A stretch of 64,000 nucleotides of DNA from a virus. Position numbers and translations under genes: made by a program. This document shows positions 37,721-47,900 of the stretch, in pieces. Where the stretch lies: the IMG/VR virus record IMGVR_UViG_3300014838_000015, positions 1-64,000 of that record; one strand, 5' to 3'. Numbering within the stretch: position 1 is the stretch's first letter; each line of letters starts with the position of its first letter. The notes below the pieces were generated by a model. That model did not search any database, was not told where the DNA came from, and saw nothing but the letters and a program-made list of their open reading frames with translations.

Positions 37721-38554
37721 TCAATCAACGTATGACCACAAAAACCCACCAGCGGTGCCACAACCGTTGTAACAAACGCGGCGGACGTTGTCCTCACCGA
37801 TGCTCGTTGCTTCGCTAGCTATGCGTGCAGTTTCGAACGTTGCAACGAACTCACCCGTCAACGTTCGTTGCACGACGGATCGCTTGTACGCGCTTTCGTG
37901 CATGTTTGCTTTGCATGAATCCGATCTGATGACTGCACGATCGGGTTCGACGTACCTCCACATGAATCCCTTCGATTGCTTGAGGTGACCTTGACAACAC
38001 CTCACAACGTTGGCACCCTGACACAGTAACATCGCTTCTTTTATGGAAGAATGAACGGCAATCAATTCGCCGTCGAGCGTTAATTGCTCGACGGGTTTGT
38101 TTGCTGCTTGACGAACGTCAAGTGGTCGAACCGATCCCATCGAACCTTCACCGCCTGACGAAAAGTTCGATCCCCAAAAACCGTCTCCACCGTGGTGATA
38201 CGTTCTCAATTCACCTATCAAACGAACCTCTTCATCGAACGCAAGTCGTTCATTCAACGTTACAAACACAACGATTCGTTTCAATCCATGCATTGAAGCA
38301 ATTGCGTCGTGCAGCTTGTTACGGACCTTAGAGTTGATGCGGCCACGGTTGCCTTTGCCAACGTACTGTGCTCTGGGAACTTCTTCAGTCGTCCAATCAA
38401 CGTACGTAAAGAAATACTTTTCAACGTCGAGCTCTATCTTACGTAGCTCAACAAGCTGTGTGAGCGAATCATCAGAAAATGACACCCAATCACGTAATTT
38501 AACGAACTCAACGTTGCTCAACGTTTCACTTTTCTTAGCGAAATCAGAAATCAA
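37721..38554 (-). CDS. GIY-YIG-like homing endonuclease with two NUMOD1 repeats
   Basis: FTY...YVGKG..R, E..LI, N..GGEG; two V.Q.TL.GE....S...A...CC.G....GF.W.Y units. Confidence 0.75.
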   Translation of the reverse strand: MISDFAKKSETLSNVEFVKLRDWVSFSDDSLTQLVELRKIELDVEKYFFTYVDWTTEEVPRAQYVGKGNRGRINSKVRNKLHDAIASMHGLKRIVVFVTLNERLAFDEEVRLIGELRTYHHGGDGFWGSNFSSGGEGSMGSVRPLDVRQAANKPVEQLTLDGELIAVHSSIKEAMLLCQGANVVRCCQGHLKQSKGFMWRYVEPDRAVIRSDSCKANMHESAYKRSVVQRTLTGEFVATFETARIASEATSIGEDNVRRVCYNGCGTAGGFLWSYVD

Positions 38555-39857
38555 GCCTGACGCGGAACGTTAGATCTCTGTCTGGCGACTTTTGAATCGG
38601 ACGTGAGACCTTTGCGATCGCCAATAAATTGTCGTTCGCATCGTAAAGCCCTATCGAACTGATGTACGTAAACGATTGCTGCGTGTCCTCCTGACCAACG
38701 TCAATGACAACGATCCTGTTTGAAGAATCGGTGTACGTTGGATTGGAGGAGTAGTTAAATTCATCTGCTTCCGCTCGACAGAATATCAGCGTCGAATTAA
38801 TATTCGTTACGTTCTGGAACGTGATCGCCGTCTGGCTACCGCTACCCATCCTGCACGATGCGACGTGATCTATGATGTTGTCTAACGATCCACTCACCAC
38901 AAAATCAGGAATGAACTTCGATGCAAACTGCGTCTGCGTACCCTTGGATCCCAACACCTGGTTACCAAGCGGTGCCATGGCATCGATGGTACCAGAAACG
39001 AACTGGCTGCCACTCGTCACCTTGGCGAGGTCCAGGACAAGAACGCCACGGTCGTAGAACATCAGACCAACGTTTCTAGTCGTGTTCGCCGAATCGACAA
39101 CGTTTCCGACCTGACCACCAAACGTCGACAGCTTGTTCGACGCAGCACCGATGTCGGTGTAGATCGCACTGCCACTACAAGACGTTGAGTACAGGTTTGG
39201 AGACGTCACTCCAAAAGTACCGTTAATCGTGTTGCCACCCGTGGATGGATTGTTCGCAGAACCTAGGTACGTCTCGACTAGACCTGAAACGTTTCCGGAG
39301 TATGGAACTGGAGCCGATGGACTGGGCGAATAAACGCTGGCTGTCTGAAAAAACCTCATCGCAAACGTCTCACGTTTGATGCTATCGCGAGCGAACAGTC
39401 GCTTGAAAGAGATGAACAGAGCAACGTCGATCTGATCTGAGGCGTTTGAGCTGTTTAGCGGAGACGAGAACACGTTCGACGCGTTGCCAAGCAATAACTG
39501 AGCGAACTGACGATAGACGTCCAACTTCTCGCGCATCATGAGGCTAGAACTTGGAAACAGTTCCTTGCCTGCAGAATCGACGCCGGTCTGAGCAGTCAGC
39601 TCCGTTGGACCTCCGGGTTGTAGACCCATCGTCATGTCAAAGATCGAATTGGCAGTCTGAAGCGTAAAATCCTGATCATAAATTGTTTGAAATATCGACG
39701 ATGTTACGCCTGGGCCTATTCCCCCAGTCACAAAAAGTTGATATTTTCTGCGCGAAACTGACCCGCTAATGTCCTCTTGAAGAACGTCCACCAGTTGGTT
39801 CAAAAAACTTCGTGCAGTCTTTATGTCTGCAGGAAGTATCTCTTTAAATGTCGCCAT
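38544..39857 (-). CDS. Virion structural protein
   Basis: VGLMFYDRG; FCRAEADEFNYSSNPT...YISSIGLYD...LLAIAK.S.P..K...RVRLDF. Confidence 0.65.
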   Translation of the reverse strand: MATFKEILPADIKTARSFLNQLVDVLQEDISGSVSRRKYQLFVTGGIGPGVTSSIFQTIYDQDFTLQTANSIFDMTMGLQPGGPTELTAQTGVDSAGKELFPSSSLMMREKLDVYRQFAQLLLGNASNVFSSPLNSSNASDQIDVALFISFKRLFARDSIKRETFAMRFFQTASVYSPSPSAPVPYSGNVSGLVETYLGSANNPSTGGNTINGTFGVTSPNLYSTSCSGSAIYTDIGAASNKLSTFGGQVGNVVDSANTTRNVGLMFYDRGVLVLDLAKVTSGSQFVSGTIDAMAPLGNQVLGSKGTQTQFASKFIPDFVVSGSLDNIIDHVASCRMGSGSQTAITFQNVTNINSTLIFCRAEADEFNYSSNPTYTDSSNRIVVIDVGQEDTQQSFTYISSIGLYDANDNLLAIAKVSRPIQKSPDRDLTFRVRLDF

Positions 39858-40902
39858 ATACTACATTCTCCGTTGTTTTGTTCTGTTCTTTCAATGGATA
39901 CCCTGGTTCATGAACGAAGTACGACACAGCGTTGGACGCAGATCGCAATTGTTCAACCAACACGTCATATGTATGCTGTTTCACTACCTTACCCCACTGT
40001 AAATCTGTCAGCCTGAACAGCTTAAATCCTTCGTGTTGCTCAAACCACTTCATCGTTGCAACATCATTCTTCATAGTTACTCTGATTTTATCATTAATAC
40101 GTTCTTCACCCATCAACCCGTGCCAATATACACCATCAACCTGAATGTAAAGATCGAGCGATTTGACGTAAAAGTCAATTGAATGACGTGCAATCCAGCT
40201 CTGCGTTTTTATGTCATCAACTCCAAACGTGCTACTCAAAAACTTACCAACATCACGTTCAGGTTTTGAAACGAACAATCGACCCTCAGCAATCAACGTC
40301 TCTCGACGTTTTCTATTCGATTCAACGTAATCGATCTTACTCTTGACATTTGCCGACTTAAAAGGATTATCAACGCCGTAATTTTTTAACCACGTTACAA
40401 TTCTTTTGTTTAAAACACTTTTCAATCCTGACGGTGATGACACACCGTATTTTTTAAATGAATTACTTCTACGTTTTTCTAAAACAACGGAAGAACGCAT
40501 TGGATGCTTTACACCATAACGTTCAAGCATCGTTTTTTCATATATTGGCCTAAGAACCGGCGATCCAAGAGAACCGGCGGATCTAAACCTTTCGATCGTC
40601 GTTGCTACGCACTTATCCCTAATGACCTTCAACTTCCATGGATGATCAACGCCGTACAACTCAAGGCACGTTTCCCTACACTTTTGTTGAACTTCGTTAG
40701 ATATTGCTTTTTGTATATCAGATAATCTTTTCCGTCGCGTGGGACAGGCATACGTACACTTCTGAGAACAGTACAACGCTTTTGTCTTTTTATGCGCAAT
40801 GAATTCATTACCACAAAAATCACACTTGGCGCATAGAACGGTCTTCGTACGTCGCCTTCCCAATGAATCATTCACCTGCAAACGCTCAACGTTGACTAGC
40901 AT
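39844..40902 (-). CDS. Putative homing endonuclease (Zn ribbon, T..E.YGV..P repeats, DUF559-like nuclease)
   Basis: CDFC..YCSQKC; repeated YGV.(H/N)P; SKPE, IDFY, IQVDGVYWHG. Confidence 0.75.
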   Translation of the reverse strand: MLVNVERLQVNDSLGRRRTKTVLCAKCDFCGNEFIAHKKTKALYCSQKCTYACPTRRKRLSDIQKAISNEVQQKCRETCLELYGVDHPWKLKVIRDKCVATTIERFRSAGSLGSPVLRPIYEKTMLERYGVKHPMRSSVVLEKRRSNSFKKYGVSSPSGLKSVLNKRIVTWLKNYGVDNPFKSANVKSKIDYVESNRKRRETLIAEGRLFVSKPERDVGKFLSSTFGVDDIKTQSWIARHSIDFYVKSLDLYIQVDGVYWHGLMGEERINDKIRVTMKNDVATMKWFEQHEGFKLFRLTDLQWGKVVKQHTYDVLVEQLRSASNAVSYFVHEPGYPLKEQNKTTENVVYGDI

Positions 40903-40951
40903 CAATCAGATTCTATACATTGTTCAACAATCTTACGCTAAATGCACGTTT

Positions 40952-41134
40952 CTATTTCGCTCGTACAACGTTTGGCCTCGTCGGCGCCTCCAACGCAGCA
41001 ACGTACTCACTAATCAACTCGTGTAGTCTGATCGACTCCCTGGTCCTGTTGATCCTAACGCCGCAGAACACACACCTATCGTTGTCAACGGAATCCCTCC
41101 ATTCCAGGAGAGCGTTGAGAAGTTCCTTGTCCAT
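40952..41134 (-). CDS. Small hypothetical protein
   Basis: GGAG SD; CVFCG. Confidence 0.45.
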   Translation of the reverse strand: MDKELLNALLEWRDSVDNDRCVFCGVRINRTRESIRLHELISEYVAALEAPTRPNVVRAK

Positions 41135-41241
41135 GTTCGAACGCCTTTCTCCCCGCAGTGCGAAGTGAAGCCAACGTTCTTAACTATCGTTGAATGTAAT
41201 ATAAATGAATGTTACAACTATGAAACAATTTGTGCTAGAGC

Positions 41242-41958
41242 TCAGAGGTTCTGCTGAATGACGATGCCGATATCCTGTACGGAGCCGCTCTGAACGCCTG
41301 TCACCTTCATGTATGCCTTGATCACCGTCTTATCCGCCGTCGTCCCATACACCTGGAACGTTGCATTTGACATGCTCTTGACAGAGAGCGTGAACTGCAC
41401 TGACGAACCACCGAACGAGTTCTCAGTCGGAGATCGCGTCAGAACATACGTTGCTCGTTGGTTGCCATCAATGTTCTCTGGCGTCTGCTGCATGATCTGC
41501 ACAAACAGGTTTGGCACGTCGATCACAAACGTCTGATCGCGAAGTTCAACGTCTATAGACGTTTCATTCTGTATCGTCTGCTGCACTGTGATAGTAGCTG
41601 TCTGTTGCGTTTGGATTCCAAGGGTCACTAGACCATTGAGACCATCGACGTTCGCATCACCCGAAAGCGCAAGGTTCGGCATATAAAGCAGGTTTGGATT
41701 AGAAACGGAGATTAGCTTGTACTTCTGAGCGATCGCTTGGTTTGTTAGGGCTTCAAAGATCGGTGTATTTTTCTCCAACTTTTCGGCGCCGACCGTACGA
41801 CCATATTTGGTGATGACAGAATAATTGACTTCATCATCGCCTGCCGCCCATTTATGAACAGAAAAAGATCCATCGTTGCGTGCTAAAAACTGTCTGCCAA
41901 CGTCCGTGAGGACTGCATCAAGAATAATGTTGTTGGTTGAATTATCGAGAAATCCTAT
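41242..41958 (-). CDS. Virion structural protein, probable ATA start (longer than in the ORF track)
   Basis: Frame open upstream of 41778: (I)GFLDNSTNNIILDAVLTDVGRQFLA...GDDEVNY; N-terminus parallels MGGILDNKSRVLDTILTLEGRRQL of 51676-52671. Confidence 0.75.
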   Translation of the reverse strand: MGFLDNSTNNIILDAVLTDVGRQFLARNDGSFSVHKWAAGDDEVNYSVITKYGRTVGAEKLEKNTPIFEALTNQAIAQKYKLISVSNPNLLYMPNLALSGDANVDGLNGLVTLGIQTQQTATITVQQTIQNETSIDVELRDQTFVIDVPNLFVQIMQQTPENIDGNQRATYVLTRSPTENSFGGSSVQFTLSVKSMSNATFQVYGTTADKTVIKAYMKVTGVQSGSVQDIGIVIQQNL

Positions 41959-41976
41959 TTTACACGTAATTTCTTT

Positions 41977-42930
41977 CTACGGTAGATTACCGCCTTCACG
42001 AGAATACCTCCATACGTATCCAGCGCTTGTCTTTGTTAGGCCTGATGCAGCGTGAGAAATAGCACAACCTGTAACACCAACGAAATGTGCTGCCTTATTG
42101 ATTGAAGAGAACGTTCTCAACAAGTTTCCGTTCTTATCGAACATTTCAACCGGTTTAGATGAAATTTCAGACAAAACCTCCAATCTTTTTGCTAAAAGGT
42201 TTTCACGTCTGTTTGCTCGACCAAGAATTTCTTTCATTCCATTTTTCATCAAACCGTTTACAATTGCTCGCTTGTGTTCTTCCGTAAGTTTCCTTCCGGT
42301 GAGCTTCTTCCTTATCATTTCACGTTGTTCTTCAGGAATCACCTTGCCTTTCTGCGACGCAGATAACCTTTCAAGGTGTTGTTGAGAACGATTCTTCGAA
42401 TACTCGCTTTTCTTTGCTCGCGTTTGGTCAGAATCCTTGACACCGGTGTGAACAACGCTTTGTTTAACACGTGTTTCTTCTGACGCTTGCAAACCTAAGT
42501 GAGACTCACGCATTGCCCTTCTAGTTTCATCGCTTGGTATCCAACCAATTCTTGCTTTGCTGGCCCGTTTTTTCGATTCATCGTTCCACTTCAATCCTAA
42601 CGTTCCATCGCCGCCCTTCGTCATATTATAACCACTTTGAGGATGCTCAACAAAGTATGTCTTCAATTCAGCGATGAGCCTAACATCAGCGTCCTTCAAT
42701 GATTTAGAGTCTACGTGAGTTTCTAGAACGCTTCGTTCAAATGCATCAATACCGTACTTCCTTATCGCACGGTGAATTAAACACATTGATCTCTTTTTAA
42801 ACGCATCATTAATGTGACCGTTCCAACGCTCATCAATGGTCGTAGCAGTTATTCCCACATACCCCTTCCCATTCACACGGTTCCTGATGAGGTACACCTT
42901 TCCATCGATCGCTTTACCATCATCGATCAT
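41977..42930 (-). CDS. GIY-YIG homing endonuclease with NUMOD3/NUMOD1
   Basis: KVYLIRNRVNGKGYVG, R...H, YNMTKGGDG, SEETR repeats, C-terminal NUMOD1; the expected catalytic Glu appears to be Asp (LKDADVRLI). Confidence 0.88.
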   Translation of the reverse strand: MIDDGKAIDGKVYLIRNRVNGKGYVGITATTIDERWNGHINDAFKKRSMCLIHRAIRKYGIDAFERSVLETHVDSKSLKDADVRLIAELKTYFVEHPQSGYNMTKGGDGTLGLKWNDESKKRASKARIGWIPSDETRRAMRESHLGLQASEETRVKQSVVHTGVKDSDQTRAKKSEYSKNRSQQHLERLSASQKGKVIPEEQREMIRKKLTGRKLTEEHKRAIVNGLMKNGMKEILGRANRRENLLAKRLEVLSEISSKPVEMFDKNGNLLRTFSSINKAAHFVGVTGCAISHAASGLTKTSAGYVWRYSREGGNLP

Positions 42931-42948
42931 CGTTAAATTCTACACCGT

Positions 42949-44907
42949 TCACGCTGAACCGTTCTGAACGGCTTTGTTGTTCCTCTTTCTACCCAACTGC
43001 ACCTGCGTCGTTGCCAATGGTTGTGTACCAGCAGGTAGCTGATCGTCGATAGTAATATTGATCGTTGCCGCCTTACCGTTATCAACGTTGATGAATTGTA
43101 GCTGGTAGCTCCCGCCCTTCTGCTTCGTCGCCACGACCTGATCAACCTTGTTCTGATCATCATAAACGTAATAATATTCGGGATTGAAGTAAAGCTTCAC
43201 GTTCGTCGAGCTGGGACCGTTTGCCTTGATCGTGTTGACGAACAATTCACCGTCGAGGTACAGGTTCGGGTACTGTTTCGGGGCACCCAAGTGACTCACG
43301 TGCTTCTTGACGAGCACGTTCTTGAAAGCATCAAACCACACAACGTACTGCGCCGAGAGGCAACTGGAGAGCCCGTGTGCATCTACGCAAGACACGCTGT
43401 AAATAAAGCCACGTTCCTCCTTCGTCTGAGTAAGCCAATCAAAATCATCATCAACGTAGTATTGAGCAGGTGACGTAAGGTACTCAACCAGCGAAGGATC
43501 TGGTTGTTCGTTGTCAGGAAACTTAACGTCCGAATCATCGAAATTGTAGTTCTTCTGCAATGCAAACGGTTGTTTGACGCTTGAACGTCTGAACACCTGA
43601 AACTGCTTGATGTCCTGCTGCGACCACACCGGAAATGCCCACGTCACCGTAAGCTTGTTCGTCTCGTAGTTCCAAATAAAATCAACGTCGCCAGGAGGTG
43701 GAGGCGCATCGAGCTTCGTGGTGCTAACGTACACCTTGTTCGATGGTTTGCTGCTCACGAGGACCTTGATCGTTGCAACGTCACCGTTGCTATCATCGAT
43801 CGCTGGCATCGTCAACAATCCTATTGATCTGATAGTGTAGCAGTAGTTTGCGTGGAACTTCACAGCAAAATCTGCGGTCGTGGCGACGTTCGGACTGTCG
43901 ATGACAATCGGTGCCATCTTGATCGTGCTACCGTCCTGTAGAACCTCGTACTTATCAATAATGAACCCAACGATCTCTGTGCCATACTTCTCGTGGTGAA
44001 GCGCTGTTTTCTGTCTCTTCACGTCGATGTATGGTATGAACGTCTTATAATCGCTTTCGCACACCTGCGTTGAAAACTTGATCGACGATTGCTTCGCTGA
44101 TTTTGCATACCCGTGAATGTTCGATATTTCGTTTGCCAACGTTGCCGTTGGATCGAACGCAAGGTTGTTGGCCATATCCTCAAGCAACTTTGAATTCACC
44201 TGCGTATTGACAGCAACGTTCTTCAATCCCTCGAAGTAACCATTGACGAACCTTTTCTTCTTCGATTTTGGGTGCGTTGTAGGCGCAGAAGTTCTTCCAG
44301 CCGACGTTGGACTGTAAAATTGCGCGTTACCTGATTTGTCTGGTTGCGTTAAAGCGCGATAGACGAAGTGAGGTTTGATGCTGTTTGGTAGAGACGAGTT
44401 CAATCGTTGAGCAGAATGGTACGAACTTGCGTTGTCGTTGTGTTCGTTCTCGAGCGTTTGCATTGCCAACGTTCCGGACACGATGTTGAATGCTTTTGTT
44501 CCTATGTCGCCATCGTGAAAGCTGATGGCGACGAAGTTGTTTCCAGAAAAGAAATCTTCATCAACAACCTTATCGATGTTATCAAGTATCAACGAACCAT
44601 TTTGCATACCTGTTATTCGCGTTGAATTATTACGTTGAGCTAATGCACTAACGGTGTTGCCAACGTCTGCAATCTTGGGAGGCGAAAATTTGAAGTCTAC
44701 CTCCCGAGGAACACGCGTCATTGACCATTGAATGAAGCTCGAATCTATCAATGCACCAGGTCTAGAAAGCGCGCGAGCAGGAACACCTCCAGTATCATTG
44801 ATGCACTCATCAGGAGTAAAAAAATTGTACGCAAACGTTGCGGTAAAATTCCTCACCTGAGGAACGTCTACGGCATACACAAGTTTCGAAGGTTGAGAAA
44901 TTGTCAT
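42949..44907 (-). CDS. Virion structural protein (Fn3/Ig-like segments)
   Basis: PPPP.D...LTVTW...FQVFRR...Y.V..VD.HG.SS pattern. Confidence 0.55.
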   Translation of the reverse strand: MTISQPSKLVYAVDVPQVRNFTATFAYNFFTPDECINDTGGVPARALSRPGALIDSSFIQWSMTRVPREVDFKFSPPKIADVGNTVSALAQRNNSTRITGMQNGSLILDNIDKVVDEDFFSGNNFVAISFHDGDIGTKAFNIVSGTLAMQTLENEHNDNASSYHSAQRLNSSLPNSIKPHFVYRALTQPDKSGNAQFYSPTSAGRTSAPTTHPKSKKKRFVNGYFEGLKNVAVNTQVNSKLLEDMANNLAFDPTATLANEISNIHGYAKSAKQSSIKFSTQVCESDYKTFIPYIDVKRQKTALHHEKYGTEIVGFIIDKYEVLQDGSTIKMAPIVIDSPNVATTADFAVKFHANYCYTIRSIGLLTMPAIDDSNGDVATIKVLVSSKPSNKVYVSTTKLDAPPPPGDVDFIWNYETNKLTVTWAFPVWSQQDIKQFQVFRRSSVKQPFALQKNYNFDDSDVKFPDNEQPDPSLVEYLTSPAQYYVDDDFDWLTQTKEERGFIYSVSCVDAHGLSSCLSAQYVVWFDAFKNVLVKKHVSHLGAPKQYPNLYLDGELFVNTIKANGPSSTNVKLYFNPEYYYVYDDQNKVDQVVATKQKGGSYQLQFINVDNGKAATINITIDDQLPAGTQPLATTQVQLGRKRNNKAVQNGSA

Positions 44908-47900
44908 GTGCCCTCATCAAACGTTTCAATTGTGATGAAGTATTTGTCGGCTGTTACATCGCCTTGATTCGTATCACGATCCCTATACTTCCACGAATTA
45001 ACGTTCGGAGATGATCTATTTTGAATGAATGATCTGCCTCCAGGCGTAATTTGATTCGTGCCAATTTGCGTTGTGCTCGACAACGCAACATCGTTTTCAG
45101 TTGCAGGAACTACATCGCCATTTTTAATCATCAAGTTAAGTGCTTGTCGACCAAACGGTGTTGCTGTCGTACGTGCAACATCAATGTCGAATGCTGTTGG
45201 ATCAACAACAACGTTGAAAATACGATCGAATTGCTTTGGATTGATGAGTTTTTGATTCACGGCTAAAGGACTGGATATCGTTGACATGGTGTTTGACAAG
45301 CTACTGATGGTGCGTAGTGTTTCTGCAACAACTGGAGCGTTTCTTGATGAGATTGTGCTAAGGTTGTTTCCAACATTTCCTGTGACGGTCACCTGTTGCA
45401 ACGTTTTTATCGGAACGTTTGCAGATTGTATGTTCTTCAATCTTGATGACAAAGAAACGTTACCCGCTATACCAGAAGGATTAGACAATTGAGATTGCGT
45501 TATTGATAACGGTGAAACACTACCTTGTAATATTGATGTTGCAGTCGGTCGAACGTTCGTTGTTGAAAACATAACACCGCCAGTTACGTTCGACTGACTT
45601 TGCGTAGACGTTGATTTTTGCTTCACAACGTCTGAAACGTGTTGCATGGAATGTTCAAGCAACGTTTTTACGAGCGTTTGATCGACCGGTTGCATTGAAT
45701 CTACCATGTCAAAATCAGATTCTGCAACGCTCAATCCTGTCATCAAATGAATGTACGCCTCAAGAAGTTGACTAACAATGTGATTATTTAAAATTGATGC
45801 CTTCTGATTCACAGTTAAAAATGAATATGAATCATCATCAAACGCAACTCTAGCATTTTTTATTCCATCAGCGCCAGCAACAACAGATGACGCATATTCT
45901 ATTCCATTCGTTATTGCAGTTGACGTGCTTATGTCTACGTTTTGACTAAAATTCAACGTTGGAATCGAATTCACGATGTCTGACAACGATGGTTTTTGAG
46001 GAATCGGTAACCATTGTGACGTAGAAACCTTCACGGGGAACCTCGACAACTCAAACATAAACTTCAATGGTTTGTAAACGATGTCGCTATTGATCATATC
46101 AACCTTATAAACACAAACATTTACTATGTCATTTCGTCTATTTTCAAATGATGCACGTCCTTGTTTTTGAATGTTAACTTTTTGCTTGATACGTTGCGTA
46201 AATCCTAAAGGAATTCCAACAGAAAGTATTCTCTTGTTCGTTCCTCTGTTTGATGCAAACTCATCCTGTCCAAGGTAACCAAGCACTGCATCATGTGTCG
46301 CTTGAGATATTTGAGACTCATCAAGTATTGTAATTTCTTCAAAGTTGTTTGCATCACTTGGACTGCTAGGTTGCTTCGTTCCCGACGTCTCGCTGGTTGC
46401 AGCTAGCAAATTCTGAACAGACGCAGCCAAAAGCATGATTTGTTGCTCAGAAAACAGCATCTGCATCATTTGATTATCGTTATTAAGAATGCCATAAATT
46501 TCTAACATTTTAGAATTAACGTCGGAAGAATTCAAGTAATTGCTAACACCGGCTAGCGATGCTTTGAGCGTTGATAACGTATTTGTAACAGTTAATACCA
46601 ATTGTTGAACTCTTGCATCTTCACCATTTACACGTTGCATAACTTCATTGATGGAATTTTTGTGATTTATTGAATTCGTTGAAATAATGTAATTCACGGT
46701 GCTAGACGTTATGTTTCCAACGCTTTTTGTAGTACCAACGATGCTTTGACTACCATATTTTGCAATCATTGAAATGATTAAATCAAACGCAACCATCATG
46801 ATGCTAGTGTCAATGTAACCGTTAAACAACGTATATGAACCCGTGATTGCGCCGCTATCAACGCGTAATTGTGATAAAATTTTACCCATCATCTGCATGA
46901 CCCACGTAACCAACTGCGATCTCTGTCTCAACGCAGTTTCAAATCCGTTAGCAGTCGTTGCAAACGTAATGCCCTGTCTCTCGTTCAACGTTAGCGATGA
47001 TTTTGACGTTGGTATTGTTGCTAGCAATGAATTTAATATAACGTCAACCAACGTATCCATCAACGGCGTGTTTTCAAAAGCAATTTCGTTAGAAACCATG
47101 GATGAAACGCTGGTGGCGACTTTGGCGTTCGACAATGGCGTTGTGATATTAGAAACATTTGACATGTTGTTAACATACGTAATATTTTCACCGTAACTTC
47201 TTGATATCAATGTCATTATGTACACAAATAACGACGATTTAAGATCGGGATAATAAAATGCATGATGAAACACTGCAGCCAATTTATCAGTTTTTAACAT
47301 CGCAGACGTTTCATTTGTTGAATCAAGAAGTTGATTACTCAACAACGTGATCAATTTGCCGGCTGTCATCAAATCCTGTTGAGAAACATTTGTTGACGTA
47401 CTAACATAATCTAATGGATTTGCCAATAAATTTAATTTATCTGTTATGATATTAAATGAATTAATTGAATTTTGAAGTGTAGTGACAAATGTATCAATGT
47501 TTTTTGTGTCAAACGACGTTCCATTCACTTGTAAAACTTGATCAAAGAAATAATCTCCGCCAGGAGACAATGTACCCGTATCGCCTTCAACGTACTTTGA
47601 TTCAAAAGTAAGAACGCCTGTGGCACCTGCAACCTGTTGACCAATCGATACTAGCGAATTTATTTGTTGCGTTGGAAAATCAGTAATATTGTTACCAAAA
47701 TTGCCAATGATGCTATCGAATATAGTTGAATTAGCAAACGTTGGAACAACTGTAAAGTTATAATATTTGTTTAACGTCTGTTGAACAGTTTTTAATGCTA
47801 ACCCATTTGAATACCTATATTCTGTAGATAAAAGGTGAGCTAGCGCAGCAATGCGCGCTTCTTGATCCTTAAATGGAACGTTTTGATACAACGAATTAAA

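Noticed and set aside
41959-42948. Group I intron around the GIY-YIG gene
   Set aside because: Only ~18 nt of non-coding sequence on each side, too little for a ribozyme core.
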